Positions 1 to 11,334 of a DNA stretch of 64,000 nucleotides are shown here, one piece after another. Each line of letters starts with the position of its first letter. The stretch's first letter is position 1. Made by a program: the position numbers and the translations under genes. The notes beneath the pieces were generated by a model. That model had not been told where the DNA came from. It made no database searches and saw only the letters and a program-made list of their open reading frames with translations. Source of the stretch: Monocercomonoides exilis PA203 (Eukaryota > Protista > Preaxostyla); NCBI GenBank assembly GCA_001643675.2, contig LSRY02000002.1, forward strand, positions 1,550,001-1,614,000. The letters run 5' to 3'.

Positions 1-3000
1 CTTCACTTCCATCTGCTCCAGGGGCTTTACCAGCTCCTCCTCCCCCTCCTGTGCAGACAGTACCGTTTGTGCCTTTTTCTTCTGCAGGCGCTGCAATTTC
101 GTCGAAAATATCATCGCTTCCAATTCAACCTCTCTATCCAGTTATTGTTGTAGAGTTTTCAACTCAGCCACGAATGAATGAAGGAGCTGTCGTCACGCTT
201 ATAGCAAAGAAAATTCAGGATGCAGAAGCAGCAGACATTCTGGCTAAATCAGGTCGCAGTCCTTCTACGGGCTTTGTACTTCTCCCACCACACGAGCCGC
301 TTAAGGAATTAAGTCGTCCTGAGATATGGGAGCTGATAACAAAACAGAAAGATGTTGGATTGAGTTCATTCACTTTGAAGCATCCTCAGAGAGTTAAAGA
401 AAGGAATACTGTGTGCGGATACGGAAAGGGGATTGTTGTTGATTTAACTGTGCTGAGGAGAAAAGAATTGAGAGAGCAAGAGAAAGAGAAAGAAGAAAAG
501 AGTCGAGATAAAGATGACAAAGAAGATGACGACGAAGAAGTGATGCTTGTCAGACTGGAAAAGATGTGGATGGCAGAGTATATTGTGTCACTGGGAAGCC
601 TTGAATCAAAAGGGCAGGTAGCGACAGTGCGCTGGTGGGACGTGAGTGAGCAGTCGGAGAGGAAGAAAGAAGAGCGCAGCGAGAGAAAGAGGCGACACAG
701 AGACTCAGAACGCGGCAAAGGGACAAGAAGGCACTCATCAGCAGATGACTCAGATACCTCTCGTTCTTCTTCCCGGAGTCGCTCCTATTCCAGCGAAGAC
801 GACGACTCGTCTTCTTCTTCTTCTTCTTCTTCTTCTTCTTCTTCTTCCACTTCGTCCAGCGGTTCATCAGCGTCTTCCACAGGCTCAGCGGAATACTCGA
901 AGCGGAGGGGGCATCACCACAGGCACCATCACCGCAACCCGAAACGGCATACCCGCCGCGGGCACCACAACCGCCGGCACAGAAGAGCTGATTCCACTTC
1001 ATCGACAGACTCGTCTTACTCAACGACGTCTGAAAGCGACAACTCTGAGACGTCTTCGAGTGAAGACGAGGGTTCTGACAGGGAAGGCAATGATGTGTAT
1101 CGTGGGACAGACAAATACGGAGCAAAGAAGGGTGCACAGAAGGGAGGAAAAGCAGAGAAAATGACGCTGGCGACGAAGGAAGCACAGAAAAAGCAGCAAA
1201 AGGTTAAAGCCAAAGCAAAAGTTGCAGCAACTGCAAAGGGCAAAGCGAAGGAGAAGCCAATTGCAAGACCGAAACTGTCGACTGTAGACACACATTACTA
1301 CAATCCCAGTGCTGCTGCTGGCATCGCGAAAGGTGCTGGTAGAATAGCAGACAGGTCTTTGCCATCATCAATAGCTCCATCATCATCATCATCTTCTTCT
1401 TCTTCATTCCCTGCTTCTTCAATGTATCCAGCAAAGCCAGTTGTGAGCGCAATGCCGAAAGATGCTGTTTCTGAGGATATGCGCAGGTTGGGGTGGGGTC
1501 TTGTGGAAGTGTGGACAGCAGATGAGGATGGAACGAGCAGTGGAGGAAGAGAAGGAGGAGGAGGAAGTTTGCCAAAGGGAAAGAAGGAGAACTGGACGCG
1601 GGTGAAGGAGATAACGATAGAAAACTGGGACGAGAGTGTGAAGAGGATACAGGAATATGCATTCTTCAGGAGGAGGACGAAGAGAGAGATGGAGAATGCG
1701 GGGGCTGAGGAGGAGCAGGCGAAAGAAGCAGCAGGAGTAAAAGAGAAGGAGAAGGAGAAGGAGAAGCTGAAGAAGGAGGTTAAAAAAGAAAGTGCTCAAC
1801 AAAAGGATGTGAATAAAGTGATGGTTGGAAAAGGAGAAGAGAAAGAGAAAAGCAAAGATTTAAAAGTTGAAATTGCGAAACCAAAAGAAGAGAAAGAAGA
1901 AGCAAAGAAAGAAGAAGAAGCCAAAGAAGAGGAAAAGAAAGAAGAAAAAGACACACCAAATTCAGCAAGCACTACAAATAATAGCAATGTGCACAACAGT
2001 TTGATGAATGAGCTGTGGAATGTTGAGCAAGACAACTTTTGGAGCTATCTTTTGCCGCCAAACAGAAGTTCTTCCACAAAAAGTGCCTCTTCTTCTTCTG
2101 CTTCTCTTTCTTCTGCTTCTGCTGCTTCTGAGTCTAATGCAATAAATGCAGTGAGTATTTCAATTGCTCCTCTTCCTGTCAGTTCTGAAAGTAGTGCGTC
2201 TGTTGAAGCACCACAAAGCAGTTCGCTTCCACTGCCTTCTTCTTCGTCTTCATTATCATCTTCATCTACATTATCATCATCATCAACTTCTTCTCCTTCT
2301 CCTTCTCCTTCTCCTTCTTCTCCTTCTCCTTCTTCTCCTTCTTCTTCTGCAATATCTTCCACCACACCATCACCACCAGCTGCAGACAAACAGATTGGCA
2401 CTGCTGACTCACTTGAATCATCTGACAAGACATCACTTTCACTTCCAACTGCAACTGCATCAGAAGCATTGAAAGAAGAAGAAGAAGAAGAGGTTGTGGA
2501 AGAGACAAAAGGGGAAGAAGAGAAGGAGGAGGAGAAGAAGAAAGAGGAGAAAGAGAAGGAAGAGAAGGAAGAGGAGAAAGAAGGAAAAGATGAAGAAGGA
2601 AAAGAAATTGAAGTAAAAGAAGCAAAAATTGAAGAAGTTGTTACAGAAGAAGAAGAAGGAAAAGAGGAAAAAGAAGAAAAGATTGAAGGAGGAGAGGGAA
2701 AAGAAGAGGATGAAGAAAAAGATGAAAATATTAAAGAGCAAAAGGAGGAGCAAGAAGAGCAAGAAGAAAAAGAAGTTGGAGAAGAAAAACCAGTAGAAGA
2801 CAATAAAGAGGAAGAAGAGGAGGAGGAAGAGGAAGAGGAGGAGGAGGAAGAAGAAGAAGATGATGATGATGATGAAACAGAAATACTAAGAAATAAACTG
2901 AGAGAGAAGTTAAAGGCTCGGTTGAGAGAACAAAAATTGCGTTTGAGAGGAAAGAAGACAGCAGATACGGAAACTGAAGAGGAAGAAGAAGAGGAAGAGG

Positions 3001-3248
3001 AAGAGGAAGAGGAGGAAGAAGAAGAGGAAGAGGAAGAAGAAGCTGAAAAAGAAGAAAATGGGGAAAAAGCAGGAAAAATCATAACACAAAGGGATAGCAA
3101 TGTTGAGAAAGAGAAGAAGGAAGAAGAAGAAGAAGAAGGCGAAGAGGAAGGAGAAATAGAAGACGAAGAAGATGCTGATGAAAATGCAACACCTGATTCA
3201 CCTTTAGCACCTCCACCATCCACACCACCTCTGACACCAGATTCTTAG
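1..3248 (+). CDS. 5'-truncated low-complexity protein of unknown function (Ser-, Glu/Lys- and His/Arg-rich)
   Basis: The frame is open from position 3 (SLPSAPGALPAPPPPPV...) to TAG at 3246-3248, so the start lies upstream of the window. Only the first ~200 aa look globular. The rest is poly-S, an HHHRHHHR block and poly-E. Confidence 0.8.
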   Translation, partial: SLPSAPGALPAPPPPPVQTVPFVPFSSAGAAISSKISSLPIQPLYPVIVVEFSTQPRMNEGAVVTLIAKKIQDAEAADILAKSGRSPSTGFVLLPPHEPLKELSRPEIWELITKQKDVGLSSFTLKHPQRVKERNTVCGYGKGIVVDLTVLRRKELREQEKEKEEKSRDKDDKEDDDEEVMLVRLEKMWMAEYIVSLGSLESKGQVATVRWWDVSEQSERKKEERSERKRRHRDSERGKGTRRHSSADDSDTSRSSSRSRSYSSEDDDSSSSSSSSSSSSSSTSSSGSSASSTGSAEYSKRRGHHHRHHHRNPKRHTRRGHHNRRHRRADSTSSTDSSYSTTSESDNSETSSSEDEGSDREGNDVYRGTDKYGAKKGAQKGGKAEKMTLATKEAQKKQQKVKAKAKVAATAKGKAKEKPIARPKLSTVDTHYYNPSAAAGIAKGAGRIADRSLPSSIAPSSSSSSSSSFPASSMYPAKPVVSAMPKDAVSEDMRRLGWGLVEVWTADEDGTSSGGREGGGGSLPKGKKENWTRVKEITIENWDESVKRIQEYAFFRRRTKREMENAGAEEEQAKEAAGVKEKEKEKEKLKKEVKKESAQQKDVNKVMVGKGEEKEKSKDLKVEIAKPKEEKEEAKKEEEAKEEEKKEEKDTPNSASTTNNSNVHNSLMNELWNVEQDNFWSYLLPPNRSSSTKSASSSSASLSSASAASESNAINAVSISIAPLPVSSESSASVEAPQSSSLPLPSSSSSLSSSSTLSSSSTSSPSPSPSPSSPSPSSPSSSAISSTTPSPPAADKQIGTADSLESSDKTSLSLPTATASEALKEEEEEEVVEETKGEEEKEEEKKKEEKEKEEKEEEKEGKDEEGKEIEVKEAKIEEVVTEEEEGKEEKEEKIEGGEGKEEDEEKDENIKEQKEEQEEQEEKEVGEEKPVEDNKEEEEEEEEEEEEEEEEEDDDDDETEILRNKLREKLKARLREQKLRLRGKKTADTETEEEEEEEEEEEEEEEEEEEEEEAEKEENGEKAGKIITQRDSNVEKEKKEEEEEEGEEEGEIEDEEDADENATPDSPLAPPPSTPPLTPDS

Positions 3249-4580
3249 TAATGCCAATGAAAAAGGTAGGAAGGAAGAGAAAGATAGAAAGAAAGGAAAG
3301 AAGAAAGAAAGAAAGAAAGAAATGCTTGAGCCTTTAACAGAGAATATCATCTGAATTGCTTTATATTTTATTATTCTGTCATACTCCTTTTTTTATTTTA
3401 TTTATTTGAACATATTTTTATTTCTATTCTACTCTACTCTATTCTATTCTATTCTATTCTATTTTTTTTTATTTTATTTTAATCTTCTCTTTGTTTTCTT
3501 CTCTTAGCCTCTCTCTTATTTCCTTGTATGTAATTATAATAACTCCATCTCCGATTATTGCGTGGTTCTTATCCCCCCTTTTTTTTTCATTCACCTTCGA
3601 TCTCATTCACACAAAATGAATTTTGTTGCTTGTTGCTCCCATCTTCACTCTTAACTCTCTTTTGTGGTGCATTCATTTTTATTCTAATTATTTTGATTAT
3701 TATTTTGTTATTTTGTTATTGTTGCCTACGGAACGTTGTGTCTCTATTGTCTTAATCATTGTCACAATCATCATTTTTGTTCTTGTTCTTACTCTAACTC
3801 TTTCTCTAACTATTTCTCTTAATTCTTTTCTTGTTGTTGCCCTTGTCATTATCATTATCGTTTTCATTATCATAATTATCATTGTAATTAACAAACTTTA
3901 CTGAAAAAAAAATTGAATTTTCTTTCATGTTTTTATTTTTCTTTGTTGTGTTTTTCTTTATCATTATAATAATTTTTTAGATTATTCATTTAAAATTGAT
4001 GTTTTTTCTTTTCTTTTCTTTTTTTTCTTGGCAAAATAAAAAGACGTACAGTGTTCAACCAACCAGTTATTTTAACTCTTCCTCTCATTTCTGAAAAATG
4101 TGACTTTTCCTCTTCTCGTTCTTTGTGTTGTTGCCTTCACATTTCTTCTTCTTTGTGTATTCTTTCAATGCAATCTTCATTTCTTGTACTTCAACAAGAA
4201 ATAACAAATTCATCTAATTCTTTGAACATCACTTAACAATTCTTGCAATTATTTTGTGCATCATCTTTTTGATACATTTTTTTTATTTATATTCGCATAG
4301 AATGTGCATCGTTATTCCTCTATTGCTGTTTGATTTGTGAATTATGAATTAAAGGATTCGATTGATTGCACAATTTCAATTGTTGACTTTTTTCTTTGAC
4401 TAATTCTTCTATTGTTTTTCTAAACATCATCATTTTAATTTAAGAAAAATGCAATTTTTCAAAAGCTTGAATAAAATATCAGCCAAAAAGGTGAATTTTG
4501 TTCTTTTAATTTTGATTGCATATTTATCAAATTAAAAAAACTATACTTTAGATCACATTCATTTGTTTTTTTGGGACTTT

Positions 4581-7536
4581 ATGTGGATATATCTGTGCCT
4601 TCTTTTTGTTTGGAAAAGCGTCGAAGCACAACAATTCCCTCAGGATGTTGATATTACTATCCTTCACACAAATGATGGTATATATTAAAAATCACATTTT
4701 CTAAACATAAATAAATCTTTTCTGTGATAAAAATTTTACATAATAGTTCATGGTTGGATACGACAAAAAACACATGAGCCTCAGTATGACGCATCACTTG
4801 CAGATTATGAAAATCTCATTTCACATGTAAAATCGCACGAAAGTGATTCTCATCATGTTTTTGCTTTTGATTCTGGCGATTGGATTATGGTAAGCTTTTT
4901 TGCTTTTATTCGCATTGCATTGTTTGTTTATATAATTTCATAAGGGATCTGGACTCAGTGACAGTACTAATATTCCTGGATCCATTAATTTTGATTTGAT
5001 GAATTTGTTATCAATTGATGCTTGGGCTATGGGAACAAAGGAGTTATTTTCTGATGAAATTGTGAAATATATTAAAAACAATATTTCTGACTCTGTAAAA
5101 GAGCGTTATTTATCTGGGAACATTTTGATGAACGATTCTTCAGATCCTGTTACAAATTCTCATAGAATTATAAATATCGAAAATTTCGGGAAGGTTGGTA
5201 TTTTAAGCTTTATTTATACGTTTGATCCGCCTGCAGAAACTGTCTACGTTATTCGTATTGAGTACGCTGCTACTCTTCCTTATGTTAAGGAAATGCTTGA
5301 AGATAAAGATATGCGTATGATAATAGTATTGTGTCACATGGATGTTGTATCTTCCGAAGTTGAGATTGTTCTTCAAAAATTGCGTGTATTCAACAAATAT
5401 ATTCCTATAATTGTACTGGGTGGGCGTTCTCATCTTCAACAGCATTGTTATAATCTTTCTGATAATTCAGTTCGAATCCAAAGTGGTGTGTATTTTTACA
5501 GTATTGGCGCGCTGAACTTGCATCTAGCACTCGAGAAAACTCCAGATAATTCTCCACAAGGATCATATTACAAAATTACTGAACAGAAGGTGCAGTTTCT
5601 GAAAGGAAAGGTTAATGAATTTAAGGAGTTTTGCGAAGTGAACGACAAGAAGTTTGCAAACAAATGGAATGAAGAAGAAATAAATAAGGAAGGCAGAAAG
5701 AGAACTTTGACAAAAATTAGAGATTATGACAGACAAAGGAAAAAGACTTTTGTATTTGGAAATAGATCCACAATATTAAAAACCACTTCTGTTAGTAATT
5801 CTGAATGGGAAACTGAGAACGGAGCAATGATTAGAAAATCCATTGAAGAAAAATTCAATAAACAGAAATTAGGGGAAGTGCTTGGATGTGTTCGAAGCTC
5901 CTACTTTATCAATGTGACAGCAGATGATCCACAATCTCTTGATTATTTTTTGCTTAATACAGTTTACAAAGAAATGGATCCATTTCCGTATGTTCCTCCA
6001 ACATTAGCGTCTCCTCTAACCCCTACATCAGGTTCTTCATCACAATTCCGTTTTTCTCCAGCTGCTGCGGACAACGAGTGGCATCTGCAGATTTTCGCTT
6101 TGGGAAATGAGGCACTCAGATATCATTTGTTCAAAGGGCCTGTTACGAGGGACGATCTGTACAGCATCGATCCATTAAACGAGAAGTTCTGTGCCATTCG
6201 TAACCTCACAGCCAAAATGCTGGAGCAGCTGATGTCTGCGAATATCAGTGAAGTCATGAGTAATGCAGCTGCTTCTGTGAACGGATTAATGGAGCCAGAC
6301 GAGGCGAATTATGAAGGCAAAGCAGAAAGACAGAACGAATATTTTGACAATTACGAATCTTTGCTTGCTCCTTCGAGAACGCATTCAAGCTTTTCAAAAG
6401 GGAAAAAGGAGCATCATTCATCGTTTGAAGGGAAAAGTGAGAAAATATCCCAAAATCAAATAAACATAAAGATTGATCAAATGAAGCGAAATGAGAGAAG
6501 AAAAAGAAGAGAAGAACTTGAAAAGAAATTTATTGAAAAAATGAAGCTGGAGGGAAAACAAAGTCAAGATTATATGGAGAAAAACAAAGAAGATTCAAAT
6601 AGAAAAGAACAAGAAAAGCAATTGGATAGATCAAATGCTTTGCCTCTTACAACTGACAACTATTACTGCACTTTGTCCGTAAACAAATCTCTTCATATTA
6701 AATTGGGGAGATATTCTTCAACATCTGAAATAAATGGAGTTGACGCAGAATTTTCAAATGAACAACATATTTTTGAGCCTTTGCAGCCTCAGCCAAAAAC
6801 TTTTTCACAAGCATTTTCTTTAATTCCACTGTTCTTTTTTAATCAAAACCATATCACATCTCGTGCCAATCTTCCTTCAAATAGCCGTCCACATCGCTTC
6901 ACTTCATCGATGAACAGCCCACATCAACGTTCTTCATCTCATCTTGCGCGTGGTAAGCGAGAATCTTCACTTCATCCTTCTTTCTCTGCATTTACACCTT
7001 TCTCCCACCAATCCACTTCACCCAACGAACTTAGTGACCACTTCACATTTGGCGAGTGGATGCATTTTTCGAACTTTGTGAATGACACCAGCAAGCGGTT
7101 TGATATTATTTCGACTGGGCATGATTGCCATATCATCAAAGATGCTGTTTCCTTGTCCTTGCACGACCTGTATTATCTATTTTATACTGAGCGCACACGA
7201 AATCACGATGTGCTTGCTGATTTCTTCAAAAAGACACCTTGCCCTGTTGAAGTGCATAAAAAGGATGCGATTGCTGCAATTGCAATATTGGGGTGTGTTG
7301 TCGATGTGATTATCGTTGGCTTGGCAATTCTTGGATGTATTTTAAGCCACAAACGAAGAAAACGAAAAGATGAGTGGATGCTTCTTGAAGAAAGAGCAGA
7401 AGAGGAAGGCAAATGGAAACTGGAAGAGAAAGAAGAGAAGAAAGAAAGAAAGAAAGAGGAACCAATTAAAAGCGAGACATATGGTGGGAAATATACTGAG
7501 GTTGAATCACTAAACAAACTAAATTCTCAATTATAA
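4581..7536 (+). CDS. 5'-nucleotidase-like calcineurin-type metallophosphoesterase with signal peptide and C-terminal TM helix; degenerate active site
   Basis: Exons 4581-4677, 4747-4889 and 4945-7536 (GT-AG introns of 69 and 55 nt) join in frame. They give the signal MWIYLCLLFVWKSVEA, then ILHTNDVHGW, FDSGDWIMGSGLSD, LCHMD, LGGRSH, QSGVYF and RDDLYSIDP, and the TM IAAIAILGCVVDVIIVGLAILGCIL. Confidence 0.85.
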
Positions 7537-8069
7537 AGGATGGCTTAAAATGAAATAAGATCGTATCTAATAATTAAAAAAACGAAGATTTCATGATGTA
7601 GCAATAATAATAAGTGTAGAATTATTTTTTTTTTAATGCTTTCAACGGTAAAGTTGATATCCTGCGATATGCGTATCAAGTATTTAAATTTGTGTATTCT
7701 ATGATTTCTGTACAAAGCATTAATTGAAAGGAAAAACAATTTTTGTTTAACAACATATTTTGCATTTTTTTTCTATATCAATTTTTTTAGTGTTTATCTT
7801 CAGCTACTTTTGTTACTAGGTTTTGCAAACAGTTAAGAAAGCTAGAATTTTTAACAGATTTAACATTATAATTGTTTCATCTTTAGTGTTTAAAAGTAGT
7901 TTTCTTTATTTTCAGATTTTTTCCTCGAAATGATGCTTTGAAGATTGATGTTTTCTGATTTGTACAGTATGGCACAATATTTAATCCTACAAATGTTGTC
8001 TGAAGATATTTTATTTAATCATTAGAGTTCATATTTTGTAATATATGATTGAAATTTCAATTTTCTGTA

Positions 8070-8071
<2 letters not shown>

Positions 8072-8105
<34 letters not shown>
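8072..8105. repeat. poly(T) tract, 34 nt
   Basis: Seen directly. Confidence 0.9.
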
Positions 8106-8477
8106 CATGCTAGTGTTTTCCAGTCTCGTTTCTTTCTTTCATTCTTTCTTTTGTTTTATGTGTATAACTTAAAAAATTTAAAGGAGCGAAATTTTTAAAA
8201 TATTTTTGATTTTATTTTTTTAAAATAATAAATAGCATTATTTGTGTGTTATTTTTGATATTTTTAGTCTTTTCTTTTGTTGTTAGTTCAAACAATTAAT
8301 ACCACTTATTAAAACTTTGATTAAGAAATTTCCAAATTTTAATTATGGATTATGAAGGGGAAATAAAACGAAAAATTGACAGTTTGGTAAGGGAGTTCAT
8401 AGCGACAAGTATAAAAATTGTCTTAAAAAGGAATTATAACCTTCAAAACCCTAATTTAGGGATGTGAGAATTCTTAA

Positions 8478-8840
8478 ATGGGGCAAAATATTTAACTTCA
8501 AGCATTTTCAGAAAAAAATTATACACTTTTCATTGACTTTTTGAGGTCAAAAAACACAAAATAATTAGTCCATTTTTTGACATTCGTGAAATGTTGGAAA
8601 ACTTCATATTTTGATTTCAACGATGCCTGCTTTCAGAAATGAAAATCCAATTTATTTTGAAATCTGAGAGAGCGAAATAAAGTTATGAGCGAAACAATTT
8701 TTTCTTCCTTTGTTTATTAAAAGCTTAAAAGTCCTAATTTTCCTTCATTTTTATTTGTGTTTTTTTTTAAAACGCAAAAAGTCCATGCATAGTGCATTCT
8801 TATACAATAAAAATTCATGAAGTGAAATATTTTGCCCCAT
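8478..8840. mobile_element. MITE-like non-autonomous element (~360 bp, TGGG...CCCA ends)
   Basis: TIR ATGGGGCAAAATATTTAACTTCA (8478-8500) matches 8818-8840 at 22/23. There is no ORF. The interior matches 57872-57931 in reverse complement. Confidence 0.75.
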
Positions 8841-9600
8841 ATGTGTTTGCAAGAGAAATAAAAGAAAGACTGCTCACTCCAACTCGCTTTTGATATAAAA
8901 AATATCGATAATAATTTATCCTAGGAAAAATTGTCTCTTTATTTTATTTTATTTTATTTTTTTTTTTTGCTCACCTCAAATGTTTGCATTTTCCGGACGA
9001 ATGATTAGGAACAAGATAATAATTTTGCATTCTTGGTTACATAAAAAAATTAAAAAAATCAAAAAAAAAATTTTTTTTTTTGATTTTATGTGAGAATCCA
9101 AGATTGAAATAAAAGACTGTATATGCATTTATAATTGGCTTTTTCTTCGTTCCTCAGAAAAATTTTAATGAAAAAAAAAAAAAAAATAAGAGATATGTGA
9201 AAAAGTAATATTGAAATATTTCATTCAATATGCTTTCTCAAAAAACGAATAGAGCAATGAAGAAATATGAACATATTACGCAATCAATTTTCAATGAGAT
9301 GCAACTTGCAAAAAGTGTAAACACGAATAATTTACATCTTCTGCATTATTTTACATTAAGAATATTTCTGCTTTTCAAGATAAATTAAGAATTAATGAAT
9401 TCAAAAGCATTTAACAAACACCATAAAGAACATAAAATTCAGGCAATCAGATAAACGAACTTCAATAAAAATGCCAATCCAAAAAATAAAATTTAACAAA
9501 ATAAAACACAGTTCAAAAAAACCAACTTTTCTCTTCAACATCCAACAGTTTTTAAAAGTGAAATGTTAAAATCCATTAAGAAATAAAAGCACACAAATAC

Positions 9601-11302
9601 TTACCAATCATCTTCCACCCCACCTCCTTCTAAACAATCTCCCCCACCAAAGGAATCAATGAATTTTGTCGAAGAATCAATTTGTCTTTCTTTTTCTTCT
9701 TTCTCTCTCTCTTTTTTTTCTTTCGCTTCAATTGCCTTTCTTCGTTCTTCTTCTTTAATTGCCTTTCTTTTTCTTTCTTCCGCTTCAATTTCTTTTCTTC
9801 GTTCTTCCGCTTCAATTACTTTTCTTCGTTCTTCTGCTGCAATCTTTCTTTTTTCCATTTCTCTTCTTCTTCTTTCTTTCTCTTCGATTTCCTTTCTCCT
9901 TTCTCCAGCTTCAATTACCCTTCTTATTTTTTCCTCTTCAACCTTTTTTTCTTCCTCTTCTTTTCTTTTTGTATATTCATACATTATACTATCTTCAATT
10001 TCTCGATTTTTTTCTCTTTCAACTAACGAATGGACTATATTGGAGTCCTCAGCCATTGCTTCGCGTTTTAATTGTTCTTCAAGCAAATCGTTATCGTCTA
10101 TTACCTTTTTCGATTTCGGAACGAAAGACTGCTCATTTTTATTCGAAATCTTTTGAGTTGGATATTCTTTTCCTTGAAGAGGCCTATTATTTTCATTTAT
10201 TGCCTCCACATTTTTCGAAGCCGATGAATCTTTGAGAACGTTTTGAACAGCAATTACGTTTTTTTGAATAATTCCTTCATCTCTTCTGTTCGACTTATTT
10301 GCAAAGTCTTCATTTGCAGAATTTCTAACATAAGTTGGCTTTAATGCTCCTGCAGCTAAATTATTTGTTGAAGGCTGGGAAAATGCTTTATCATTAACCA
10401 ATATTTTTTTATTCCTTTTTGATTTGTATCTCCAAGCGCAGCCTATAACAGTAAAAGTTAGGAAAACAGAAGCAAGTGCCAAAGCAATGGAATTCGTTCC
10501 GCGACGGTTGGTTAAATTTGCGGTAACTGGTGATTTTGAGGGATAAAGAACATCGATAATTCCATCAACAACAGTTATAACAGCCTTTACAAAACGATTA
10601 AATTAAAAAAAAAAAAAAAAAAAGCAATTCATTAAAAATACGCAACAAATTTAGGCTTATGATTTCAGTCAAAAACATACCATTCCAAATTCACCTTTTC
10701 GTAAATAGGACTTCGTTTTATTGAAAATTGCCTTTATACTCAAATCAGTCAAAATATCTGCAACTCCACTTCCAGTTTTCATGTACATTTTTCGATCTTG
10801 TACTCTAAGCAAAATGATTTTGGATGAAAATATAGAAAAATCAATTTTGTTGAAAGCAAACACAAGTGCATAAAGAATTCCATTATTAGTAGTTTTTCCC
10901 ACTCCCCAGTTGTTGAAAACTGAAACCGCAAAAACTTCTGGGGTTATTCCTTCTTTCAATCGCTTCATTAAAAATCAATTATTAAAAACATGTTAAATGG
11001 AACGAGTTCAATACAAGTTATCAAACATCTATTATTATCAAAGCTATTTCTATTGTTGTTCGATCTTCAAATTTTGAAATTTTATCATTTAATTCAATGA
11101 CAACATTTTGAGGTAAGTACCCAATTGGGTCACATATCCAATTCTTGTTTGAACCACCAATTTCACTTTTGTGATTTTCATCGTGTTGAAGAATTGAAGA
11201 AACGAAACAAAGCTCTGGATTGACCTTTGGATTTGGTATATCAGTGGGAGCCCATTGGGCTTTAACGAATACGAAATTTATGAAAAATAAAAGGAATATC
11301 AT
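9601..11302 (-). CDS. TPM-domain (TLP18.3/Psb32/MOLO-1) single-pass membrane protein with charged coiled-coil tail
   Basis: Exons 11302-11027, 10962-10862, 10804-10681 and 10584-9601 join in frame. They give a signal peptide, IPNP...C...WICDPIGYL, EIALIIID, FNNWGVGK..NNGILYALVVQDRKMYMKTGSG, YLRKGEF, a TM, AEERRK repeats and a C-terminal GGG...W. Confidence 0.85.
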
Positions 11303-11334
11303 ATTTTTTTATTGATGTTCCATAATAATAATTT
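11303..11334. promoter_or_regulatory. Putative ultra-compact bidirectional promoter/5'UTR region
   Basis: Only 32 bp separate the divergent start codons at 11302 (-) and 11335 (+). Confidence 0.5.

Noticed and set aside
120-450. Faint resemblance of the first ORF's globular part to a translation-GTPase C-terminal beta-barrel
   Set aside because: Too few matching residues, and the N-terminus lies outside the window.
2045-3223. 392-aa minus-strand ORF and the many other antisense or alternative-frame ORFs over the large genes
   Set aside because: They are shadows of GAA/TCT-rich low-complexity coding sequence, which lacks stops on the other strand, and they carry no motifs.
8072-8105. Poly(T) as the tail of a retroposed element
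   Set aside because: No TSD or recognisable element body next to it.
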